Assembly (NCBI GenBank): GCA_963662265.2
Contig: CAXXHA010000032.1
Coordinates: forward strand, 64,001 to 128,000
Length of the DNA: 64,000 nt
Direction: 5' to 3'
DNA from: Spirochaetia bacterium
Lineage (GTDB): Bacteria; Spirochaetota; Spirochaetia; CADAEX01
Shown here in pieces: positions 20,090-29,973 of this stretch (its first letter is position 1; every line of letters begins with the position of its first letter). Below the pieces are notes generated by a model that saw nothing but the letters and a program-made list of their open reading frames with translations, was not told where the DNA came from and made no database searches. A program made the position numbers and the translations under genes.

Positions 20090-21826
20090 TCAGATAAGCT
20101 CTTTTAAGCTGATTTTATCTAGAACAAACTTCACAGCTTCATCAGTTGTCAGACCGTTCATTTGCTTGCCTGTCCTGAGACGGATTGAAGCTCCCCCCTC
20201 TTCAGCTTCTTTTTCACCTATGATAAACATATATGGTATCTTTTCATTCTGGGCATTTCTGATTTTGGCATTCATTCTCTGATCACTGAGATCAACCTGG
20301 CTTCGAATCATGTTTTGTCTTAAAATCTTGTTGATTTTTTCAGCATATTCATTAAAAGCAGGAGCAACAGGAATAACTGATACCTGATAAGGTGAAAGCC
20401 ATACAGGGAAAGCGCCTGCAAAGTTTTCAACAAGTACTCCGAAAAACCTTTCAAGAGAACCGAGCAGCGCCCTGTGAACCATGTAAGGTCTTTTTTCCTT
20501 CCCGTCATGATCTACAAAAGTCATATCAAACCTTTCAGGCTCATTAAAATCAAACTGTATTGTAGAAAGCTGCCATGAACGTCCCAGAGCATCTTTTACC
20601 TTGAGATCAATTTTAGGACCGTAAAACGCGCCGCCCCCTTCATCAACATCATATTCAATTCCTTCAGCATTCAGAGAATTCTTAAGTGATTCCTCTGCAA
20701 CTTTCCACTGCTCAGGATCTCCTACAGATTTTTCAGGCCTTGTAGAGATATAAGCCTGGATATCTTCAAATCCGAATGATCTGAGCATAAAAAGACTGAA
20801 CCTTAAGACTTCAGAAATTTCATCTTCAATCTGGTCCGGTGTACAGAATATATGAGCATCATCCTGGGTAAATCCCCTTACTCTCAACAGGCCGTGAAGC
20901 GTACCTGATTTCTCATATCTGTATACAGTTCCAAGTTCCGCCCATCTGAAAGGAAGATCCCTGTAAGATCTCATTCCAGTTTTGTAAATCATAATATGGA
21001 ACGGGCAGTTCATGGGCTTGGCATAATAATTTGCCTTATCCATAACCATTTCCGGATACATCCCTTCTGCATAAAAATCAAGGTGGCCTGAAGTTTCCCA
21101 CAGCCATGATTTACCTACATGAGGTGTATACAAGAGTTCATACCCGTTTTTATAATGCTCATCTTTCCAGAATTTTTCTATTTCATGCCTGATTCTTGCA
21201 CCTTTCGGATGCCAGTAGACAAGGCCGGGACCAGCCTCTTCATGGAGTGAAAAGAGATCAAGCTCCCTGCCAAGTTTCCTGTGATCCCTCTTTTCCATTT
21301 CTTCGAGGTGCTTGAGATGGGCCCTGAGATCTTTCGGATTTGCCCAGGCTGTTCCGTAGATTCTCTGAAGCATAGGTCTCTTCTCGTCCCCTCTCCAGTA
21401 AGCTCCTGCAATAGAAAGAAGCTTGAATGCCTGGGGATTAAGCTTGCCGGTATCATCTACATGAGGTCCCCGGCAGAGATCTGTAAAATCGCCCTGATTA
21501 TAGACAGAAATCTCTTCATCTGCAGGAAGGTCATTTATAAGTTCAATCTTATATTCCTGATCCCTGAACATTGAAAGAGCTTCTTCTTTTGAAATAACAG
21601 ATTTCCTGAATTCTTTCTTTGATTTAAGGATATCTTTCATCCTGTTTTCAATTTCTTCGAGATCCTCCGGTTTCAAAGCTCTTGGAAGATCAAAATCATA
21701 GTAAAAACCATTTTCAATAGAAGGTCCGATTGCCACTTTTGCGCCCGGGAACATCTGAATTACAGCTTCCGCCATAACATGAGCCATTGAATGCCGGATT
21801 TTATCCAGTTTTTCATTTGCAGCCAT
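20090..21826 (-). CDS. thrS: Threonine--tRNA ligase (short form without the N-terminal TGS domain)
   Basis: RHSMAHVMA and DLCRGPH editing motifs; KPMNCP, RYEKSG, AFYGPKID, HRALLGSLERF. Confidence 0.97.
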   Translation of the reverse strand: MAANEKLDKIRHSMAHVMAEAVIQMFPGAKVAIGPSIENGFYYDFDLPRALKPEDLEEIENRMKDILKSKKEFRKSVISKEEALSMFRDQEYKIELINDLPADEEISVYNQGDFTDLCRGPHVDDTGKLNPQAFKLLSIAGAYWRGDEKRPMLQRIYGTAWANPKDLRAHLKHLEEMEKRDHRKLGRELDLFSLHEEAGPGLVYWHPKGARIRHEIEKFWKDEHYKNGYELLYTPHVGKSWLWETSGHLDFYAEGMYPEMVMDKANYYAKPMNCPFHIMIYKTGMRSYRDLPFRWAELGTVYRYEKSGTLHGLLRVRGFTQDDAHIFCTPDQIEDEISEVLRFSLFMLRSFGFEDIQAYISTRPEKSVGDPEQWKVAEESLKNSLNAEGIEYDVDEGGGAFYGPKIDLKVKDALGRSWQLSTIQFDFNEPERFDMTFVDHDGKEKRPYMVHRALLGSLERFFGVLVENFAGAFPVWLSPYQVSVIPVAPAFNEYAEKINKILRQNMIRSQVDLSDQRMNAKIRNAQNEKIPYMFIIGEKEAEEGGASIRLRTGKQMNGLTTDEAVKFVLDKISLKELI

Positions 21827-22244
21827 AACATTTATCTCCTTGTTAAAAACTATTCAGTTTATTATTTATAAGAGCTGATTGCTCTGAAACATATTCAATC
21901 AAAACCTGATTCACCCGGTTTTTTCCGGACAGGACCTCACATTCTGCCTGCCATGCACTGAAATGCTACAAACCCAGGCATTGTATGGCACTGTGAATGC
22001 CATCAGGATTTTTGCCGGACCTTCCCACATCCATACAGGTTAGGGATTATTCAATCCTTTAAACTGGAAGCAACACAGCTTACACCTTGCGGTCGTCCAT
22101 CCTCCCTCGTACCTCGGGATAATAAATGGACGCCCAGGATTGCTACATCCTGTATTACCCAATGCTTGTCGTTCATCCACCCCCTGAAGGGGACCTTGTG
22201 CACACACAGGGGCACCCGTACCGCATAGGGACAGGTTCATCCAT

Positions 22245-22640
22245 AAAATAAAAAAGCCTTTATACCTCTCGCCCTGATATTCCCCATATAATAAGGAAAT
22301 AATAAGGACGAAAAGCATAAAGGCTATGTACTTTCCGCGGTTCCACCTATTTTCGGTTCCAGACCTTTAAAGCGGTCCGGCTGCCGCACTTGTTTACCCC
22401 TGTAACAGCGGGGAATCTGTCCATATCTACTCAGCACAGCTTTGAACATGAATATTTCTCTATAAATTCGTCCGGAACCAGTTCCGGCACAGTTCAAATA
22501 TCTGCTGCTTTTCGGATGGAAGCTCGGGAGTGGTTTTCGAATACCCTTATGCCGGAAATATCTCAGCCTGCTTCCCTTCTTGGAAGACAGTATTTCCTCT
22601 CTCTGGACACAGAATGTACCTACTCGTCTCCGTCATTGCT
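22245..22640 (-). ncRNA. T-box riboswitch with Thr (ACC) specifier, transcription-attenuation type, upstream of thrS
   Basis: Minus strand. Stem I: GCAATGA...AGTAG...AGAGA...GGCTGAG...GAAA-ACC-A (ACC at 22532-22534). T-box AATAGGTGGAACCGCG at 22336-22351. Antiterminator 3' arm TTTTCGTCC. Terminator AGCCTTAT...ATAAAGGCT followed by a T-tract. Confidence 0.9.
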
Positions 22641-22649
22641 GTTAAAATA

Positions 22650-22678
22650 AAAATAGTATCAGATAATATAATTGTCAA
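22650..22678 (-). promoter_or_regulatory. Promoter for the T-box/thrS transcript
   Basis: TTGACA at 22673-22678, followed by TGATACTAT/TATTTT -10 candidates just upstream of Stem I. Confidence 0.6.
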
Positions 22679-22821
22679 GTCCTGAAACCCTGGGGATAAA
22701 AAATACAATTACTCAATAGCTATCCCTGAATAAACATGCAGGCATCAGATTTTTCCATGAAAAAACCGAAATTGCTGTATAGTTTTACAGTAAACATCTA
22801 AACACTGTATTTTTTTCAAAA

Positions 22822-22836
22822 TGGAAACGTTTGCTA
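22822..22836. promoter_or_regulatory. Candidate LacI-family operator upstream of gap
   Basis: TGGAAACGTTTGCTA with an AAACGTTT palindromic core; shares AGCAAACGTTT with the iolC promoter site. Confidence 0.45.
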
Positions 22837-22917
22837 TTAAAATAACTCTTAGTTATCGATTGACTTGCTTTAAATAGGTATAGTAATCTTCTTTAATTTA
22901 TTAATTTGAGGGTTATT

Positions 22918-24393
22918 ATGGACACAGGTATATCGCTGGAGAAACTGGATAACTATAATCAGAGGCTGAATAAATGGGTTTCTGATGAAAAAGCAGCAAC
23001 AGAACTGCTGAATGTATCGGGGATTTTAAGATTTGATAAGACAATAGAGCTTATAATCCTGGGAAGACCGCTTAATGACAAAGGGGCAGGAAGTATACTG
23101 AACACACATCTTTTTGCTGAAAAAACACTGTCACATCCGGTCAGGGTGGAGAATTCCCTGAAATTTGCGAAAGCTATCCTGGCTTCAAATGTTGCACCTG
23201 CAAGAATAGACCTTGCAAGGCTTAACAGGGAATGGGATGAAGAAGCAGATTCATTTGGAAATGATCCAAATCTGTTTATTGAATCAAAACTTTCTTCAAT
23301 TATAAATGTTAATCCGCGAAATCTGGAAGACAAGGATGTTGTTATTTACGGTTTCGGAAGGATAGGCCGAATGGCGGCCAGAGAACTGATAACACAGTCA
23401 GGTAATGGTAACCAGCTCAGGCTGAGAGCAATTGTCACCAGAAAGTGCAGCAAAGAGGATCTTAAAAAAAGGGCTGATCTTTTCCAGAGAGATTCAGTTC
23501 ACGGAAGTTTTACAGGTGTTGTGGATATTGATTATGACAACATGTGCCTGAATATAAATGGACACCGGGTAAAGATGATTACTTCAGATTCACCTGAATC
23601 TGTTGATTATACCAGTGAAGATATTCATAATGCTCTTCTTATAGACAGTACAGGTGTCTGGAGAGACAGAGAGGGGCTTTCAAAACATCTTGAATCCAGA
23701 GGGATATCAAAAGTACTTCTTACAGCACCGGGAAAAGGGGATCTTCCAAACGTTGTATACGGAGTAAACCAGAATCAGGATGGAATCCAGGAGGAATCAA
23801 TTGTATCTGCTGCCTCATGCACCACAAATGCAATAGTCCCGGCACTTTCTGTGATTGAGAATAATTTAGGTATTGTAAAGGGACACCTTGAAACAATCCA
23901 TTCATATACAAATGACCAGAACCTTCTCGATAATTTTCACAGTAAAAAAAGACGGGGAAGAAGTGCACCTCTTAACATGGTAATAACTGATACAGGTGCT
24001 GCCAAAGCAGCAGCAAAGGCAATTCCCACTCTTCAGGGCAAGCTAACAGCAAGTGCCATAAGAGTACCCACACCAAATATGTCTCTCGCGATTTTAAGTC
24101 TTACTGTAGAAAAAGAGACTACAAAAGAAGAAATCGACAGGATGTTCTATGATGTTTCAATGAAAGGTGAGCTTATTGAGCAGATTCTATACAGCAATTC
24201 AACAGAATTTGTCTCTTCTGACGGGATAGGAGAAAACTGCACCTCAATATTTGACAGCCCTGCGACTCAGGTTTCAAGCGATGGAAAATCAATTGTAATC
24301 TATCTGTGGTATGATAATGAATACGGGTATACAAAGCAGGTTATAAGGCTTGGAAAACATATAACCGGAGTTAAAAGATACAGGTATTATTAA
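22918..24393 (+). CDS. gap: Glyceraldehyde-3-phosphate dehydrogenase, long (~490 aa) N-terminally extended type
   Basis: GFGRIGR, ASCTTN catalytic Cys, RVPTPN, WYDNEYGY; ~135-aa N-terminal extension; ATG 22918 after a GAGGG SD. Confidence 0.9.
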   Translation: MDTGISLEKLDNYNQRLNKWVSDEKAATELLNVSGILRFDKTIELIILGRPLNDKGAGSILNTHLFAEKTLSHPVRVENSLKFAKAILASNVAPARIDLARLNREWDEEADSFGNDPNLFIESKLSSIINVNPRNLEDKDVVIYGFGRIGRMAARELITQSGNGNQLRLRAIVTRKCSKEDLKKRADLFQRDSVHGSFTGVVDIDYDNMCLNINGHRVKMITSDSPESVDYTSEDIHNALLIDSTGVWRDREGLSKHLESRGISKVLLTAPGKGDLPNVVYGVNQNQDGIQEESIVSAASCTTNAIVPALSVIENNLGIVKGHLETIHSYTNDQNLLDNFHSKKRRGRSAPLNMVITDTGAAKAAAKAIPTLQGKLTASAIRVPTPNMSLAILSLTVEKETTKEEIDRMFYDVSMKGELIEQILYSNSTEFVSSDGIGENCTSIFDSPATQVSSDGKSIVIYLWYDNEYGYTKQVIRLGKHITGVKRYRYY

Positions 24394-24687
24394 TATAAAG
24401 TTCCCCCCCAGATTTTAAAAGTACATAAAATAAGAAAAGAGGGAGAAGTTCCATGCTGTCAAGCAGGGGCTTCTTCCTTTTTTAAATTACCCTGTGTTTT
24501 ATCAGGAAGACTAAAAAATAATTCATATTTATAAAATGCTGTATTATAAAAATACAGAAATAATGATTAATCGGCTGTATATACAAGTTTTAATTTGATA
24601 CCGGGGGTAAAGCCCGGCTCTTCCCTTCCACTTTTAGGTAAAATATGTTAAAAAAAAATAAATATCAGACAAACAGGAAAAAAAACA

Positions 24688-25407
24688 GTGATAGAAAAAA
24701 TTAAAAAGCAGACAGTAGTAGAAACAGTCATGGACAAAATCAGAGATCTGATTTCATCAGGTGAATACAAGGTAAATGACAGACTTCCGACAGAAAACGA
24801 ACTTGCAGAAATGTTCGGTCTGGGCAGATCATCTATCAGGGAAGCTATCAAAGTATTCAACTACCTGGGCGTCCTGGAATCCCGAACTGCAAAGGGAACA
24901 TATGTCTGCGAACGGAACAACATTACAACAGAATTGATGAAATGGGCTGTACTGCTCGGAAATGACGATCTTTTTGAAATGGTTGAGATAAGAGGTTCAA
25001 TAGAACTCTATGCCATACTGAACCTGACTGAGAAATATAAAAACGGCGATGAAAAAGCAAAATCCTTTGTAAAACAGCTGGAAGAGGTTATTGTTGATTT
25101 CGACAAAGCAATAAATGAACTTTCCATCAGGGATATTATCAACTGTGATTACAGGTTTCATAATATAATTATTTCCAGTAATGAAAACAGCACTTTTTCT
25201 TCTATTTTTTCAGTCCTTGAAAATTTTCTGTGGGAAGAAATAAAACAGACATACAAGGCTTACAATGACTACAAGAAGATTTCCATTGAACACAGCGACC
25301 TTCTTGACAGCATTAAAACAGGTGATCCTGCAAAAGCCAGGGATGGACTTCTTGAACATATTGAAAATATCAAGGATAAGCTTAAAGAAGCTATGAGTAA
25401 AGAATAA
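24688..25407 (+). CDS. GntR/FadR-family transcriptional regulator
   Basis: LPTENELAEMFGLGRSSIREA wHTH; C-terminal FCD-like domain (DYRFH, EH, H). Confidence 0.9.
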   Translation: MIEKIKKQTVVETVMDKIRDLISSGEYKVNDRLPTENELAEMFGLGRSSIREAIKVFNYLGVLESRTAKGTYVCERNNITTELMKWAVLLGNDDLFEMVEIRGSIELYAILNLTEKYKNGDEKAKSFVKQLEEVIVDFDKAINELSIRDIINCDYRFHNIIISSNENSTFSSIFSVLENFLWEEIKQTYKAYNDYKKISIEHSDLLDSIKTGDPAKARDGLLEHIENIKDKLKEAMSKE

Positions 25408-25426
25408 AAAATCATGATCTGTTGAT

Positions 25427-26194
25427 ATGGAAATTACTTTATATCAATTATTATTCCTGGCGCTTTATGCTTTTCTTGCAGGATGGGAAAGAGCCGGATT
25501 AAGAGCATCGCTAATGCCTGCTGTTCCGCTGCTTGTGGGAAGCATGGGTGCTGTCAATGCTCTCGGTTATATGATTCCGATTCTGATTGCAGGAGATCTG
25601 TTTTCTGTCACTTATTATAAAAAACATGCAGATAAAGAAAGTTTAAAACAGCTTGTTCCGTTTGCTGCTGCAGGAATTATTATAGGAATGGTTACTGGAA
25701 AGTTTATTTCCGGTGAAACATTTAAAAAAATCATTTCAGGCTTAATTATAATCAGTCTTACAATAAACCTTTTAAATCAAAAACTCCAGAAAAAGAAAGA
25801 AAATATTACTCCGGACTCCGAGGAAAACAGCAAATCAGTTTTATCAAAATCCGGACCTGTATTCAGTACTGCAACAGGATTTGTTTCAATGCTTGGCGGT
25901 TCAGGCGGACCTGTAATTTCAACATACTACCTGATGCTTGGAGTAAGTAAAAACTCGTTTATCGGGACAACTGCATGGTTTTTCTTCATAGTAAACCTGA
26001 TCAAAGCGCCTTTATACTTTTTTATATGGAAGAATATAAGCAAACAATCCCTGATGACAGATTTATTTATGCTGCCCTTGCTGGCGGCAGGAATATTTAC
26101 AGGTATTTTCATTGTAAAAAAAATAAATGAAAAGCTTTTCAGGATTGTTATTTATGCAGCTACCCTGCTGTCTGCAGTAAAACTCCTCTTTTAA
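25427..26194 (+). CDS. TauE/SafE (TSUP) family membrane exporter
   Basis: About 8 TM segments in two repeats; GGPVISTYYL...FIGTTAWFFFIVNLIK pattern. Confidence 0.8.
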   Translation: MEITLYQLLFLALYAFLAGWERAGLRASLMPAVPLLVGSMGAVNALGYMIPILIAGDLFSVTYYKKHADKESLKQLVPFAAAGIIIGMVTGKFISGETFKKIISGLIIISLTINLLNQKLQKKKENITPDSEENSKSVLSKSGPVFSTATGFVSMLGGSGGPVISTYYLMLGVSKNSFIGTTAWFFFIVNLIKAPLYFFIWKNISKQSLMTDLFMLPLLAAGIFTGIFIVKKINEKLFRIVIYAATLLSAVKLLF

Positions 26195-26374
26195 AAACTA
26201 TCACGGCAGCTGAAGAAAAGGTCAATACTCAAACACTTCTTACTATACCCCCCCCATTTTCATTTTTTATGAATCAGCAAAACTGACAATAAAACAAACT
26301 TTTTCTGGCTTTTTTAAATAAGGTAATGTAAATTAAGATTGACTGCTTACAGATATAATTCAGGAGTATATAAA

Positions 26375-28222
26375 ATGGCAAAAGATAAAAAGCCTCTTGG
26401 AATGCTTGAAGTTTTCTGCATAGCATCAGGAGCAATGATAAGTTCAGGACTTTTTGTCCTGCCGGCGGTTGTATACGGCATTGCAGGCCCCGGAATTGTT
26501 GTTTCATACATAATCGCGGGAATACTGGTAATACCTGCAATGTTTTCAAAGGCAGAGCTTGGAACAGCAATGCCGAAGGCAGGCGGCACATACTTTTTTG
26601 TCGGAAGAAGCCTTGGCCCTCTCATGGGGAGCTTTGCAGGACTTGCAAACTGGTTTTCAATAAGTCTGAAAGGTGCATTTGCGCTTATAGGAATGGGAGC
26701 ATTTCTGAAGCTGATTGTACCTGATGTGACTATAATACATATAAAACTTGCAGCAGTCGCTTTTGTTGTATTGTTTACCCTCATCAATATAATCAGTACC
26801 AAACACTCGGGACATGCCCAGGATTTCATGGTTTTCGCGCTCATAGCTATTCTGATATTTTATATTGCATACGGGTCTGTCAGAGTTGACTACACCAACT
26901 TTGTACCTTTTATTCCTAACGGCAAACTCAGCATCCTGGCAACTGCCGGAATGGTATTTATTTCGTACGGCGGTTTGACAAAGGTGGCATCCCTGGCAGC
27001 GGAAATAAATAATCCCGGGAAAACACTGCCTGCAGGAATGTTTCTGAGTTTTGTTGTGGTTAATATACTTTATATACTGTCTATCATTGTGACTGTGGGA
27101 ATCTTAACCAGCAGCACTCTTTCAGGGACCTATACACCCCTCTCAACAGCAGCTGAGACATTTTCCGGAAAAACAGGCCTGATACTGCTTTCAATAGGGG
27201 CGATTTTTTCGTTTGCGACAACAGCCAATGCTTCAATTTTATCAGCATCCAGAATCCCGCTGGCCATGGCAGAAGACAAACTCCTGCCCGAAGGAATTGC
27301 AGTAAAAACAAAAAAACATAAAATACCATGGCTTTCAATATTACTGACAAGTATCTTCATGATAATTGTTATTACTGCTCTTGATTTGAAATCACTTGTA
27401 AAAACCGCATCAACAATGATGCTTATACTTTTCACTCTTGTAAATTTTTCAGTTATCCTGATGAGGGAAAGCAAGATAGTATCCTACAGGCCTAAATATA
27501 AATCACCTTTTTATCCCTATTTACAGATAGCCGGAATCATCGCCTACCTGGTGCTTATTGCCGGAATGGGTGAAATGCCCCTTCTTATTACAGGCGTTTT
27601 TTTCCTGCTTACATCTCTATGGTTTGCTTTCTTTACAAGAGATACAGGACTCAGGGATTCAGCACTTATACGTATTGTCGAAAGGGTAATTTCAAAAGAT
27701 TTCACAGGCCCCAGACTTCACGAGGAACTGACAGAGATCCTGTTTGACAGGGATGATATACATGAAGACAGGTTTGACAAGCTGATAAGAGAAGCTGTCG
27801 TAATAGATATTAAAGAGGAAATTACAGTTGAGGAACTTTTCAAGAAAATAGCAGCTGCTTTTGCAATCAAAGTAAAAACACCGTATGATGTGCTTCTTCA
27901 GAAGCTTTGGAAAAGAGAAGAATCATCAACTACAGCACTGGATCCGAGACTTGCCATTCCACATATAGTACTTGAAGAGGATGACAACTTTTATATTGTA
28001 GTCGCAAGAATTCATAAGGGAGTCTGGTTTTCTGATGAAACACCTTCCATAAAAACAGTGTTTTCACTGGCAGGGGGAAAGAATGAAAGAAATTTCCACC
28101 TGAAAGCCCTGATGGCTATTGCCCAGATAGTACAGAGTGAAAATTTTGAAAAGAGATGGCAGGCCGCCCTAAACGAAGAGGAACTCAGGCATATAATTCT
28201 CTTAAGCGAAAGAAAACGTTAA
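26375..28222 (+). CDS. APC-superfamily amino acid permease fused to a C-terminal PTS EIIA(Fru/Ntr)-type domain
   Basis: GAMISSGLF, AELGTAMPKAGG and AEINNPGK APC motifs; C-terminal KREESSTT...LAIPH EIIA motif. Start at ATG 26375 after CAGGAG. Confidence 0.85.
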   Translation: MAKDKKPLGMLEVFCIASGAMISSGLFVLPAVVYGIAGPGIVVSYIIAGILVIPAMFSKAELGTAMPKAGGTYFFVGRSLGPLMGSFAGLANWFSISLKGAFALIGMGAFLKLIVPDVTIIHIKLAAVAFVVLFTLINIISTKHSGHAQDFMVFALIAILIFYIAYGSVRVDYTNFVPFIPNGKLSILATAGMVFISYGGLTKVASLAAEINNPGKTLPAGMFLSFVVVNILYILSIIVTVGILTSSTLSGTYTPLSTAAETFSGKTGLILLSIGAIFSFATTANASILSASRIPLAMAEDKLLPEGIAVKTKKHKIPWLSILLTSIFMIIVITALDLKSLVKTASTMMLILFTLVNFSVILMRESKIVSYRPKYKSPFYPYLQIAGIIAYLVLIAGMGEMPLLITGVFFLLTSLWFAFFTRDTGLRDSALIRIVERVISKDFTGPRLHEELTEILFDRDDIHEDRFDKLIREAVVIDIKEEITVEELFKKIAAAFAIKVKTPYDVLLQKLWKREESSTTALDPRLAIPHIVLEEDDNFYIVVARIHKGVWFSDETPSIKTVFSLAGGKNERNFHLKALMAIAQIVQSENFEKRWQAALNEEELRHIILLSERKR

Positions 28223-28233
28223 AATCTGTATTC

Positions 28234-28260
28234 AGGGGATTGAGTAGTCAATCCCCTTTT
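28234..28260 (+). terminator. Intrinsic terminator
   Basis: AGGGGATTGA-GTAG-TCAATCCCCT-TTT. Confidence 0.75.
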
Positions 28261-28582
28261 GCGGCAGCAAGCAGTCTGGCACTGTCACAACGAAGAGCAT
28301 TTTCATACTGCAAAGAAACTCATTACCAGGCAATTCCCTGCAGAACAGGATTACAAGACATCTTCAAGGATCTTCCCCTGGAAAATTATGAAATATAACA
28401 AGTCTTTCAAATAAAAAAAGAGGATATTTCGTTTTTTATGTATAAAGTATCACTTAAGGGACTTAATTTATATTTAACTCTGCTGTATAATATAACTGAT
28501 CATAACCTGCTGAAAATGGTTAAATATATACTAATCAGTATAGTTCAACATTAAAATACTAACGGAAAGGAGAAACAAAGCT

Positions 28583-29674
28583 GTGAAAAAAATAATTGCA
28601 GTACTTGAAGGAGACGGAATAGGACCGGAAATTATGGCAGAAGGGATAAAAGTTCTCAAAGCTGTTGAAAAAAAATTCGGACATGAGTTTGAACTGATTT
28701 ATACACCTTTCGGTGCATCAGCCTATTTTACAGATGGATCACCATTCCCTGACAGCACAAAAAAAGTCTGCGATGAGGCAGATGCTATTATCAAGGGACC
28801 AGTAGGTCTTTCCGTTGAGAAAATGAATACCATACCTCAGAAAATGAGACCCGAGGCAGGGGCAATTCTGCCTTTAAGAAAAAGATATGATACATTTGCA
28901 AACTACAGACCTGTAAGACTTCCAGAAGCTCTAGCAGACTTTTCACCCCTGAAAAAAGAAATAATTGCAGGCGGTGTTGACATACTGATGATAAGGGAGC
29001 TTGTAGGAGGAATCTATTTCGGAGCTAAGTCTGAGGGTGAAGAAAACAACATGGAATTTTCCAGCGATGACTGCAGATATTCACGGGACCAGATTGAAAG
29101 AATTGCACGGGTTGCCTTTGAAGAAGCCAGAAAAAGAAAAGCAGTAATGACAAATATCCACAAATCAAATGTTCTTGCAACATCCCGTTTCTGGAATGCA
29201 GTTGTGGAAGAGGTACGAAAGGATTACCAGGATATTGAATACAAGTCAGTTCTTGTTGACAATGCCGCATACCAGCTGATGATAAATCCCTGCCAGTTCA
29301 ACGGTGTAATGCTTCTTGAAAACATGATGGGCGACATACTCACAGACCAGGCAGGAGGTGTACTCGGCTCAATGGGACTCATGCCTTCTGCATGTATCGG
29401 GGATGAAAAAGGATATGTCGAGGCTGCTCACGGATCAGCACCTGATATTGCAGGTAAAAACATAGCAAACCCGTACTCAATGATTGGAAGTGTTGCATTC
29501 ATGTTTGACATGATTTTCGACCTGCAGGAGGAGGCAGCCCTTATATGGAATGCACTCTTTAAAATCTTTGATGACGGTTTTACAACATATGAACTTGCAA
29601 AAGGCAAAACAGGACCGGATGTACTATCAACAACAGAGTTCGGCGACAAGGTTGTAGAATATATCAACAGCTGA
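28583..29674 (+). CDS. leuB: 3-isopropylmalate dehydrogenase (beta-decarboxylating dehydrogenase family)
   Basis: GDGIGPE, ANYRP, RELVGGIYFG, KSNVL, NMMGDILTD, HGSAPDIAGKNIANP; strong AAGGAG SD. Confidence 0.88.
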   Translation: MKKIIAVLEGDGIGPEIMAEGIKVLKAVEKKFGHEFELIYTPFGASAYFTDGSPFPDSTKKVCDEADAIIKGPVGLSVEKMNTIPQKMRPEAGAILPLRKRYDTFANYRPVRLPEALADFSPLKKEIIAGGVDILMIRELVGGIYFGAKSEGEENNMEFSSDDCRYSRDQIERIARVAFEEARKRKAVMTNIHKSNVLATSRFWNAVVEEVRKDYQDIEYKSVLVDNAAYQLMINPCQFNGVMLLENMMGDILTDQAGGVLGSMGLMPSACIGDEKGYVEAAHGSAPDIAGKNIANPYSMIGSVAFMFDMIFDLQEEAALIWNALFKIFDDGFTTYELAKGKTGPDVLSTTEFGDKVVEYINS

Positions 29675-29731
29675 TTATTTCCACCAGTAAATAAAACAGT
29701 AGTTGTTCCTGTAATAACTATAAGCCATATT

Positions 29732-29764
29732 AAAGCAGCTCAAAGGTTTGAGCTGCTTTCTTTT
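29732..29764. terminator. Intrinsic terminator between convergent leuB and ABC genes
   Basis: AAAGCAGCTCAAA-GG-TTTGAGCTGCTTT followed by a T-run. Confidence 0.75.
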
Positions 29765-29973
29765 ATTAGGGTCATCTAAACCTGACCTTTACAGCAGAGA
29801 CAGATAAATAAGCATATATCACTCTTAAAATTACATCTCAATCTTATTCATGAGGTTAATTGAAATCAGATTCACCTTTTATCCATAAAACGGAATGGAG
29901 AATAAAATTAATTACTGTATTTAAATAATAAACAAGGTATATATAATTTTTTTACCGCCTGCCTAAAACAGCA

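Noticed and set aside
22040-22650. ORFs 22040-22318 (-) and 22390-22650 (+)
   Set aside because: They overlap the T-box and its terminator, have no SD and show no protein-like motifs.
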